Shown here in pieces: positions 9,173 through 16,907 of a stretch of DNA of 54,376 nt. Origin of the DNA: Candidatus Gastranaerophilaceae bacterium (lineage in GTDB: Bacteria; Cyanobacteriota; Vampirovibrionia; Gastranaerophilales; Gastranaerophilaceae). Position 1 is the stretch's first letter, and each line of letters begins with the position of its first letter. The position numbers and the translations under genes were made by a program. The stretch lies in the NCBI GenBank assembly GCA_045613725.1, contig JAZLBN010000024.1, positions 1-54,376 of the forward strand, written 5' to 3'. The notes beneath the pieces are model-generated. The model did no database searches, was not told the origin of the DNA, and was given only the letters and a program-made list of their open reading frames with translations.

Positions 9173-10045
9173 ATGAGGATTAAGAGTACTGTGTTTAAAA
9201 ATACGAAAAAATCTGCTTTTACCTTAGCTGAAATTATGGTAACATTAGGGTTAATTGGCGTCATTTCTGCGTTAACAATCCCTACGTTAGCTTTGAACTA
9301 TAGAGCAAAAGTTTTAGAAGAACAATATCGCTCAACATTTAGTGATATCAGACAAATTGGTTCGATGGTAAATTATGACCATTATGATGTTGGTGATTAT
9401 GCTAATAAAGTTACGCTTACTAAATGGGAAGAAGATTTTGTTTCTCGACTAAATGGTGCTAGTCAATTGACATCTTCATCTAGTTCTGGTCAAATTACTA
9501 CAGCTATAAGAGATTATTATAGCAATAGTGGTGCAACTGCAGGTCCTTTTTATTTTACACAATCTGCTGAAGGTCAGCGTGAAGCTGTGGCTTCTCATGT
9601 CTGCAATGATGGTGATGTTTGGCTTGATAATAAAGGTAGAGTTTGGTCTTTTAATTCGGAAAATAGAACTATTTGTGTAGATATTAACGGTTCAGCAAAT
9701 CCAAATCGCTATAATATGGATATTTTTGCGTTTATACCAATGAACTCAAAGCAAATAGCTACTTGGGTTTATAATGATTCTGAACATCACACGGATTACT
9801 CTGGCGCAATTGTTGCGTGTGATATTGAACAATTAGCAAGAAGAGGTGTAGGTGATGTAGTTCCAGAAATGGATGAAAACGGTCGTTATACAAAGGGTGA
9901 AGGTTCAGCATTAGACTATTGTCCATTTAATGAACCTATGGAAAATATTGCAGCAGTAAATAGTTATTCTCCAGGTAAATCTGCAAGAAATAAAGATGTA
10001 GATATTACTAAAAATTACTGGAAAGATTATATTGAATACAAATAA
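9173..10045 (+). CDS. prepilin-type N-terminal domain protein (type IV pilin/pseudopilin-like)
   Basis: MRIKSTVFKNTKKSA|FTLAEIMVTLGLIGVISALTIPTL is a class III signal-peptide-like N-terminus with Glu at +5. It shares the family motif CVDINGSANPNRYNMDIFAF with the other two pilin-like genes. The start was trimmed from the track's 9155 to Met at 9173. Confidence 0.8.
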   Translation: MRIKSTVFKNTKKSAFTLAEIMVTLGLIGVISALTIPTLALNYRAKVLEEQYRSTFSDIRQIGSMVNYDHYDVGDYANKVTLTKWEEDFVSRLNGASQLTSSSSSGQITTAIRDYYSNSGATAGPFYFTQSAEGQREAVASHVCNDGDVWLDNKGRVWSFNSENRTICVDINGSANPNRYNMDIFAFIPMNSKQIATWVYNDSEHHTDYSGAIVACDIEQLARRGVGDVVPEMDENGRYTKGEGSALDYCPFNEPMENIAAVNSYSPGKSARNKDVDITKNYWKDYIEYK

Positions 10046-10047
10046 AA

Positions 10048-10071
10048 AGCAGGCGTAATGCCTGTTTTTTA
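10048..10071. terminator. rho-independent (bidirectional) terminator between convergent genes
   Basis: AAAAA-GCAGGC-GTAAT-GCCTGT-TTTTTT: a hairpin flanked by an A-run and a T-run. Confidence 0.75.
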
Positions 10072-10083
10072 TTGTTGGAGTTT

Positions 10084-11469
10084 TTATAACATAATTTGTG
10101 TAGCTAAAATAATTTTATGACTATCTGCACGGTTTTGGTTATCACAGAAAACGTAGTTTAATATTACTTTTAGAGCTTGTCCTCTAATAAACCAATTCAC
10201 GCCAACAGTATACTCTCTTTGTAAGTTATTAGAAATATCACGATTAGGATCGAACTGGTCTACCCTTCCAAGAAGTTGCCAATGAGGGTTGAATTTCCAG
10301 CCAACTGTTGCGGCATAACCACAAGCCTTATTGGAGCTAATTCCTTTTGAGCCATTATATCCATCAGCAATTGCCGCCTCTAAGTTTGTCCAGAGTTTTT
10401 TATGGTGATAGCCAATGTATCCACTTAAAACAGAATAATCGATTCTGTTATGACCACCATTAAAACCGCCACCTATTGTTAATTTGCCGTATTTTTTACT
10501 TTTGTTTCCAAATGGTTTTACGTTAACCCAAGAATTAAATTCAGCTCCTGGCATACCACTTGTTACATATCTTCCAGCACTTCCGACTGAAATATTGTAA
10601 TCGACATATTGGTAATTCCCTATAACTTTAACAGCTAAGGATCTTGCGCTTCCAAAGTTTTTTGCAATTTGTGAACGAGCTACAAATGGTAGAATATATG
10701 TTGAAGTACCACCTTCAACCCCTGTTTGCACCCTAGAATAACCCGCAACGATTTGATGGTTAGGTATTTGCGTATTAACAATATAAGCATCAGAGATAAA
10801 TCTATCTAAATAGTTTGTACCACTAGTTGGAATAGGGTTAACTGCAAGTTTGAATTTGTAGTTTGGATTTTTAAACTGGCCATACATACCAAGTTGAGTT
10901 GTAAGATTATCATATTCAGTAGTGTAATTCCCAGCTTTCCACCAAGAGTTCAATGAACCTCTAAATCCACCATAAGTTTGTATTCTGCTAATTGGACCTT
11001 TTTCAAATTTAAAAGTTAAATCATCTTTGTATAAGTATGAAGGAACATCTGTACGTCGAATTTTACTGTGGAGAATTTTTCCAAACAATGTGTCTTCGTC
11101 AACATCACCATCGTTATCTTTATCTTGATCGAATAATTCAAAGATTTTGAAATCTAACTCTGTGTTATCCATGATGTCATTATCGTCATCTAAGTCGTCA
11201 TCGTTAGTGTTAAAATTAAATAACTTTTTTAATGGTGCTTTAGTAGTATCTTCAGATTCATTTTTAATCGCAATTTTTTCATTTTCTTGATTTTGAGATT
11301 CTAAATTTTGTGTATCATGTGAAGAAATGTTGCTATCTAAATTGAGCACAATTTCGTTTTCAATTTTTGTAGCTAGTAGCTCTTCTGCTATGTAATCAGT
11401 GGCTTTTACTATGTTTGTAGGGATAAAACAAACCGCTGAAATTAGTATTAATCTCAAAAGTTTTTTCAT
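10084..11469 (-). CDS. outer-membrane beta-barrel porin (phosphate-selective-porin O/P-like) with an acidic N-terminal extension
   Basis: Signal peptide MKKLLRLILISAVCFIPTNIVKA (start trimmed to 11469). Acidic region containing DQDKDNDGDVDEDT. The C-terminal ~300 aa shows alternating aromatic/Gly beta-strand patterns (YGGFRGS, AGYSRVQTGVEGG, GGGFNGGHN, TVGVNWFI, KVILNYVF). Confidence 0.6.
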   Translation of the reverse strand: MKKLLRLILISAVCFIPTNIVKATDYIAEELLATKIENEIVLNLDSNISSHDTQNLESQNQENEKIAIKNESEDTTKAPLKKLFNFNTNDDDLDDDNDIMDNTELDFKIFELFDQDKDNDGDVDEDTLFGKILHSKIRRTDVPSYLYKDDLTFKFEKGPISRIQTYGGFRGSLNSWWKAGNYTTEYDNLTTQLGMYGQFKNPNYKFKLAVNPIPTSGTNYLDRFISDAYIVNTQIPNHQIVAGYSRVQTGVEGGTSTYILPFVARSQIAKNFGSARSLAVKVIGNYQYVDYNISVGSAGRYVTSGMPGAEFNSWVNVKPFGNKSKKYGKLTIGGGFNGGHNRIDYSVLSGYIGYHHKKLWTNLEAAIADGYNGSKGISSNKACGYAATVGWKFNPHWQLLGRVDQFDPNRDISNNLQREYTVGVNWFIRGQALKVILNYVFCDNQNRADSHKIILATQIML

Positions 11470-11529
11470 TGTGTAAAGATTATAACACAAATTTTGTTAT
11501 TTTTGTAGTTTTTGTAGTATATTCATATT

Positions 11530-12957
11530 ATGTTAAACAAAATTAAGCGTAAACCACACACTAAAGTAAAAGCCCCGATTGTTGATGCGTTAAAAGTGGC
11601 ATACAATAATCCGACTTATCAGTTCCACATCCCAGGTCACACAAAAGGTCTTGGTACATTGCCTGATTTCAGAAATCTTGTAGGTAAAAAGGCTTTAATG
11701 GTTGATACTACAGATGAGTTTGATAATTTGGGTACTTTAACTCCTGCAACTGGACCGATTAAAGAAGCTGAAGAATTAGCTGCTCAAGCTTTTGGTGCTA
11801 AAAAGACGTTTTTCTTGTTAAATGGATCAACTATTGGTAACCTTGCAATTGCAATGGGGTTAACTAGAAAAGGTCAAAAAGTAATTGTTAATAGAAATTG
11901 CCACCGTTCGGTTTTAACAGGTATGATTATATCAGGTGCTGATCCGTTATGGTTAATCCCTGAAAAGCTAGAAGACTGGGGTATTTGGGGTAATATTAGC
12001 GCTAATGCTGTTGAAGAATTATTAGCGAATAATGATGATGTTTCTATGGTATGGCTTACAAATCCTACATATGAAGGTGTGGTTTCGGATATTGCCTCTA
12101 TTGCAAAAGTTTGTAAAAAATATGGTGTACCTTTAATTGTTGATGAAGCTCATGGCTGTTTATGGAATTTTAATGATAAATTGCCTACAACATCTTTAAA
12201 ATTAGGTGCAGATATAGTTGTTCATTCTTTGCATAAAACAGGTGGAAGTATGAGTCAATCTTCTATGTTGCATATTAGTGAAGATTCTCAAATTTCAGCA
12301 GAGGATGTTGAAAGAGCATTGATGTTGTTACATACAACAAGTCCTTCATTGATGTTATTAGCAAGTTTGGATGCTGCTCGTGCTAATTTACAATCTCAAA
12401 GGGGGCAAAAACAATTAGCTCGTGCGATTGCAAATGCAAAATATTTGCGATCAGAAATTGATAAAATGAGAACTATTCATCAGTTAAAAGCTGATTTTGG
12501 ATATAAAACAGATGTTACAAAAGTATTTATTAAAGCTGATGGTTTGTCAGGTAAGCGTTTAGAATCAATTTTGGAAATCGATTTTGGTATTGAGGTTGAA
12601 AGTGCTTCGGATGAAGGTATTTTAATTTTATGTAATATCGGTAATAAGCGTTCAGATTTCCAATATTTGGTAAGATGTCTTAAAACTATTGATGAAAGTG
12701 AATATCAAGATATTTACTATTTAGAAAAGAAAAAACATATGCCAATGTTGACACCTATTATCAAGAAAAGTTTGCGTGATGCATATTTCTCTGAAAAAGA
12801 AATTGTGCCTAAAGAAATGGCGATAGGTCGTTTATCTGGTGAGGTTGTGGCTGAATGTCCTCCAGGTATATCAATTTTATTACCTGGCGAATTGATTACA
12901 GAAGCTCACCTTCCATATTTGGCAAACTATGATGTAATTGAAGTTTTAAAAGTTTAA
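11530..12957 (+). CDS. PLP-dependent Orn/Lys/Arg decarboxylase (fold-type I, Bacillus SpeA/YaaO-like)
   Basis: HIPGHTKG, NGSTIGNLA, VDEAHG and the PLP-lysine motif SLHKTGGSMSQSS. C-terminal OKR_DC_1_C-like segment (CPPGISILLPGE). Confidence 0.88.
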   Translation: MLNKIKRKPHTKVKAPIVDALKVAYNNPTYQFHIPGHTKGLGTLPDFRNLVGKKALMVDTTDEFDNLGTLTPATGPIKEAEELAAQAFGAKKTFFLLNGSTIGNLAIAMGLTRKGQKVIVNRNCHRSVLTGMIISGADPLWLIPEKLEDWGIWGNISANAVEELLANNDDVSMVWLTNPTYEGVVSDIASIAKVCKKYGVPLIVDEAHGCLWNFNDKLPTTSLKLGADIVVHSLHKTGGSMSQSSMLHISEDSQISAEDVERALMLLHTTSPSLMLLASLDAARANLQSQRGQKQLARAIANAKYLRSEIDKMRTIHQLKADFGYKTDVTKVFIKADGLSGKRLESILEIDFGIEVESASDEGILILCNIGNKRSDFQYLVRCLKTIDESEYQDIYYLEKKKHMPMLTPIIKKSLRDAYFSEKEIVPKEMAIGRLSGEVVAECPPGISILLPGELITEAHLPYLANYDVIEVLKV

Positions 12958-12996
12958 TCTTTTGTTGAGTATTCAAAATTTGTAAGGGGAAATTTT

Positions 12997-14301
12997 ATGA
13001 GGTTAAAAAAAGCTTTTGATTCAGGTGAATTTGATAGTTTTTTCAATCAAAATTTTAAGAGCTTGAAATGTAGTGCTTTTACCTTAACAGAAGTTTTGTT
13101 GGCAGTAACTATTGTTGGTATAATTGCTGCGTTAGTTTTACCAGCAACTGTAAGTAAGTTTAATGATAATATTCTTAATACTGCACATAAGCGAATAAAA
13201 GAAAGTGTGCAAAATGCATTGGATTCATTAGTTGTAACAGAAAATAAAACCTCGTTTTTTACAACTTCAATGTACTCTTTAACCGAACCAGAAAATTATG
13301 ATAATTCAAGTGGGAAATTTTTAAAACGTAATTTTAGGGTCTCAAAATATTGTGACGGTGAGAATAGGGCAGAATGTTTTAGCAAAGAATATTATACTAC
13401 TAACGGTACAAAAAGAGAAATCTATACTCCAAAATATGAGGGTTCTTGTGCAATATTAAAAAGCGGTGCGAGTATTTGTATTGCACCTCAAATTGCTTTA
13501 GATAAACCAGTTAGAGGTATTGTGGATGTTAATGGGATTAAAGGTCCAAATGTTTTTGGTCGAGATTTGAGACAATTTGTAATTGACCTGAAAATTAGGA
13601 CAACTAAACTAGCAGAAGTTGAAGAAGTAAATCTTACACCGAATCCAAAATTGGAAGAGGTGGAAGAACCACCACCACCACCGCCACCACCACCTGACCC
13701 TTGTGAGGAAAATCCAACAGGTCTAGAATGTTGTAAAACTAAAGCAACATTGGATGCTGGTGATGCTTGTTGTGGCTATTCAGAAATGAAGAAGATTCAT
13801 GATGCTTGTAATATAAAAACTGTAATTGGAGAATTAAGGTTTGGATGTTTCGGTTATGATTATTCTGGTAGATCAAACCCTAATGTGCCCTCAACATGTA
13901 CGTTTTATGGGGAGAATCTTCCGTCAGGAGAAAATTTTTATTACACTAGTAATTTAGGTAGTGGTTCTGCTATACCTGAGAGTGGTAGTATAAATCAATC
14001 TTTTAACTTTGTTATGAAAACAGGTGGACCTTATTTAAGTAGTCTTGGTCTTAGTAGTGAAAAACACTCTTACTCAGCATGTCAATATAGTAGTTTAGAT
14101 AGACCAAATAAAGATTATTGTGGAGGTGGCAGTTGTTTACCTCGTCAGGATGTTCGCATATATTTAGAATTAGAATATTTAGCAAATAAAAGTGGAGAGT
14201 TTATATCTTATACAGGAAAAGTTGCTTGTTATGTTTATGGAGATGTTTCAGGTAGTAGTAGTTCTGTGTATATAAGAGGACGTTCAGGAAAACCTGAATA
14301 A
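12997..14301 (+). CDS. prepilin-type N-terminal domain protein with Pro9 linker and C-terminal 12-Cys module
   Basis: ...KSLKCSA|FTLTEVLLAVTIVGIIAALVLPA. Pilin-family motif GIVDVNGIKGPNVFGRDLRQFVI. Nine consecutive Pro codons at 13669-13695. The downstream 200 aa contain 12 Cys (CEENPTGLECC..., DACCGY..., DYCGGGSC...). SD AAGGGGA. Confidence 0.8.
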   Translation: MRLKKAFDSGEFDSFFNQNFKSLKCSAFTLTEVLLAVTIVGIIAALVLPATVSKFNDNILNTAHKRIKESVQNALDSLVVTENKTSFFTTSMYSLTEPENYDNSSGKFLKRNFRVSKYCDGENRAECFSKEYYTTNGTKREIYTPKYEGSCAILKSGASICIAPQIALDKPVRGIVDVNGIKGPNVFGRDLRQFVIDLKIRTTKLAEVEEVNLTPNPKLEEVEEPPPPPPPPPDPCEENPTGLECCKTKATLDAGDACCGYSEMKKIHDACNIKTVIGELRFGCFGYDYSGRSNPNVPSTCTFYGENLPSGENFYYTSNLGSGSAIPESGSINQSFNFVMKTGGPYLSSLGLSSEKHSYSACQYSSLDRPNKDYCGGGSCLPRQDVRIYLELEYLANKSGEFISYTGKVACYVYGDVSGSSSSVYIRGRSGKPE

Positions 14302-14378
14302 ATATATGATAATTATGTAGATATATGATAATTGGGTATAATGCACAATCTTCAAAATTATTAATAGATATTATTTTT

Positions 14379-15161
14379 CTAAATTATATTAGCAAAGCTT
14401 AAGAAGTATTCTTCTATGATGTTCATTAACATTGGAAGAATCCAAATCATTATGGCTGCGCCTAGTACAGGTTTAAATAAGAAGCTTAATTGGAATACGT
14501 TAACTTGTGGAGCTGTTCTTGAAATAACCCCAAGGATAATATCTTGAGCAAGCGTTGCAAGTAATACTGGAGATGCTATTTGAAGTCCCATATATAAAGT
14601 ATTTGATGACATTTTTATGAGTAAATCCATTTTTATTAGTTGTGCTAATGGCACTGCAGAAGCATACATAGGAAAGATTTCAAAACTTCTAACAAGAGCT
14701 TTGAATAACCAATAAATACCACCTAAATGAATAAATATAAGTATTCCCATCAACGATACCATCTTAGTAAGGATAGATACTTGTGCAGAGGTAGTTGGGT
14801 CAAGTGTTGTTGCTGAAGATAAACCCATTTGCATATTTATCATTTCAGCACCGCAATCAATTGCGATTGTAATAAGTTGTGCCATATAGCCAATCATTGC
14901 ACCAACAACCACATTTAATAATATGGATAGCATAAACGAATCACATTCGGTTAGACATTTTTCTGGAGATAAAAAAGGTACAATAAAAATTGTAATAATC
15001 AATGCAAATGGTACCTTTACTAAAGGTGGAATGTCTTTTCTGTTAAATATAGGACAGAATCTAAAAAATCCGATCATACGTGCAAATACAAGAGCTCCTG
15101 CCATTAGGTAGGTGTTTATTTTGGGAAACATTTGCATTATTGCGCTGTATAATTCGTTCAT
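14379..15161 (-). CDS. fliR: flagellar type III export gate protein FliR
   Basis: Polytopic membrane protein directly downstream of fliQ (3-nt gap). FliR-like N-terminal block VFARMIGFFRFCPIFNRKDIPPLVKVPFALIITIFIVP. Confidence 0.85.
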   Translation of the reverse strand: MNELYSAIMQMFPKINTYLMAGALVFARMIGFFRFCPIFNRKDIPPLVKVPFALIITIFIVPFLSPEKCLTECDSFMLSILLNVVVGAMIGYMAQLITIAIDCGAEMINMQMGLSSATTLDPTTSAQVSILTKMVSLMGILIFIHLGGIYWLFKALVRSFEIFPMYASAVPLAQLIKMDLLIKMSSNTLYMGLQIASPVLLATLAQDIILGVISRTAPQVNVFQLSFLFKPVLGAAIMIWILPMLMNIIEEYFLSFANII

Positions 15162-15164
15162 TTA

Positions 15165-15653
15165 TTATCTACCAAGAATTTTTATTGCTTCTACTTGTGT
15201 TGGTTTTGGGCTGGCTGTTTTAGCTGCCGGAGTATATCGTTCTTTTTTATAATTATCTATATATGGAACTTTTCCTGGGTTTTTCATTAGGCCATCGATA
15301 TTATCCATGTTTTTGAATCTATCTTTCATTTCGTATTCAAAAGGTTTTGTATATTTGTGATAGCCGGCTTCAAGCACAAAATCTTGGCTTTGAGGCACGT
15401 GTTGGAATGCTAATACCATACCCTCTTGGAACAGGTTTGTTAAAAGTCTTATAAATCCAACGCCCCCAATTATGATTACAAGGAATACGCCAAGAATTTT
15501 AGGTGCCGCTGCGATTGTTTGTTCCTGAACCTGAGTGACGGCTTGTAAAATACCTACAACAAGACCAATACCAGCTGCAACTAATACACATGGCATTGAT
15601 ATTGTTAACATCATTAAAAATCCTTTTGCTAAATATTCTAGTAAAACTTCCAT
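15165..15653 (-). CDS. fliQ: flagellar export gate protein FliQ with ~75-aa C-terminal extension
   Basis: The first ~85 aa match FliQ (MPCVLVAAGIGLVVGILQAVTQVQEQTIAAAPKILGVFLVII). The ORF then continues for ~75 hydrophilic residues (…HVPQSQDFVLEAGYHKYTKPFEYEMKDRFKNMDNIDGLMKNPGKVPYIDNYKKERYTPAAKTASPKPTQVEAIKILGR). Confidence 0.85.
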   Translation of the reverse strand: MEVLLEYLAKGFLMMLTISMPCVLVAAGIGLVVGILQAVTQVQEQTIAAAPKILGVFLVIIIGGVGFIRLLTNLFQEGMVLAFQHVPQSQDFVLEAGYHKYTKPFEYEMKDRFKNMDNIDGLMKNPGKVPYIDNYKKERYTPAAKTASPKPTQVEAIKILGR

Positions 15654-15668
15654 AATTAACCTTCTATA

Positions 15669-16307
15669 CTAGTTGTAACTTGTAACAAGTCCTTGTACTA
15701 TTAGTGCCCAACCATCAACTGCAATAAATATTAATAACTTAAATGGCATCGAAATGATTGTAGGAGATAACATAAACATCCCCAGTGCCAGTAGTATGTT
15801 TGCTACTACTAAGTCAAGAATAATAAATGGTACAAATATTATAAAACTTATTTCAAATGATGTTTTTAATTCACTGATTATGTATGCAGGAGCGACTTCC
15901 CATATTGAAATATCATCAGGTGATGTCACTTGTTTCTTATGTGAAAGTTCTATAAAAAAGTCCAAATCAGATTTTCTGGTTTGTTTTAACATAAATTCTT
16001 TTAATGGTTTTGAGCCTTCATAAACTGCAGCTATCATATCTTGGTTTTTCTGATAAGGAACAGAGCCCATATCGTACATTTTTTGGAATGTTGGCCCCAT
16101 AGTAAAGAATGTCAAAATTATTGATAAACCGATAATTACAATTGCAGGCGGTACTTGTTGTGTACCCATTGCTGTTTTTAACATTGCAAATACTATGACA
16201 AATCTAAGAAAACTTGTCATACAGCAAAATATGAATGGTAGTAATGAAAACATAGACATTACTATCAACATTTGTAATATAGGATTTAAATTTTGTAATT
16301 GATCCAT
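15669..16307 (-). CDS. fliP: flagellar export gate protein FliP
   Basis: SFLRFVIVFAMLKTAMGTQQVPPAIVIIGLSIILTFFTMGPTF is the hallmark FliP block, and the C-terminal ISMPFKLLIFIAVDGW is also typical. Confidence 0.92.
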   Translation of the reverse strand: MDQLQNLNPILQMLIVMSMFSLLPFIFCCMTSFLRFVIVFAMLKTAMGTQQVPPAIVIIGLSIILTFFTMGPTFQKMYDMGSVPYQKNQDMIAAVYEGSKPLKEFMLKQTRKSDLDFFIELSHKKQVTSPDDISIWEVAPAYIISELKTSFEISFIIFVPFIILDLVVANILLALGMFMLSPTIISMPFKLLIFIAVDGWALIVQGLVTSYN

Positions 16308-16320
16308 AATTTATCTATCC

Positions 16321-16869
16321 TTATAATTCGTTTATTTTCATTGCCATTTCTTTCATTGTAGAAAATCCGTGGCTTTTTCTTGTATCAAAATCTAATGTAA
16401 CAATATTTTTTTGATTTTTAGGTGTTTCAATATTTGAAGTAGCTCTTTTATCTAAACCTCTTCTTGTAGAGTTCGGGTTTCTACCTTTTATTGGTTCTAG
16501 ATGAACTTGTTGTGGTAAAACTTGAATTTCATCTTCAAAAGTTGTTGGTAGCTGATCTTGATTTTCTAATCCGATATTTCTAAATCTTTCTAGATGTTCA
16601 ATGTCTTTTGTAGAAGTAGTGTTTTCTAGTTTTGATATTAGAGTTGTTCTATCAATATCTGAAGCTATTAAAAATTTTTCATTGCCAGCACGTACAACAT
16701 GTAGGGTTTTTCTTGGAGATAAGCTCATAGTTTCTTCTACACTTAAAAATTTTGTGTTGTTACTACGCATAGTTCCATCTGTAAATTTTTTGAATACAAA
16801 TACTGCAAAGCTTATCAATCCAAGCATTGCCATTGTATATACAGTAAAATTAGCTATGTATCCACCCAT
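16321..16869 (-). CDS. fliO: FliO-like flagellar biosynthesis protein
   Basis: Single N-terminal TM segment, then a FliO-like core (LSPRKTLHVVRAGNEKFLIASDIDRTTLI). It sits in the usual position between fliN and fliP. Confidence 0.65.
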   Translation of the reverse strand: MGGYIANFTVYTMAMLGLISFAVFVFKKFTDGTMRSNNTKFLSVEETMSLSPRKTLHVVRAGNEKFLIASDIDRTTLISKLENTTSTKDIEHLERFRNIGLENQDQLPTTFEDEIQVLPQQVHLEPIKGRNPNSTRRGLDKRATSNIETPKNQKNIVTLDFDTRKSHGFSTMKEMAMKINEL

Positions 16870-16907
16870 ATATCTGTTTATCTCCCCTTATTTAATAATT
16901 TATGTTA

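Noticed and set aside
14303-14335. A 13-bp direct repeat ATATATGATAATT x2 (20-bp spacing) in the spacer between the pilin-like gene and fliR. A similar one, TAATAGTATA x2, lies at 40331/40361.
   Set aside because: These are short AT-only repeats in AT-rich spacers, so chance occurrence is plausible. There is no associated structure or gene.
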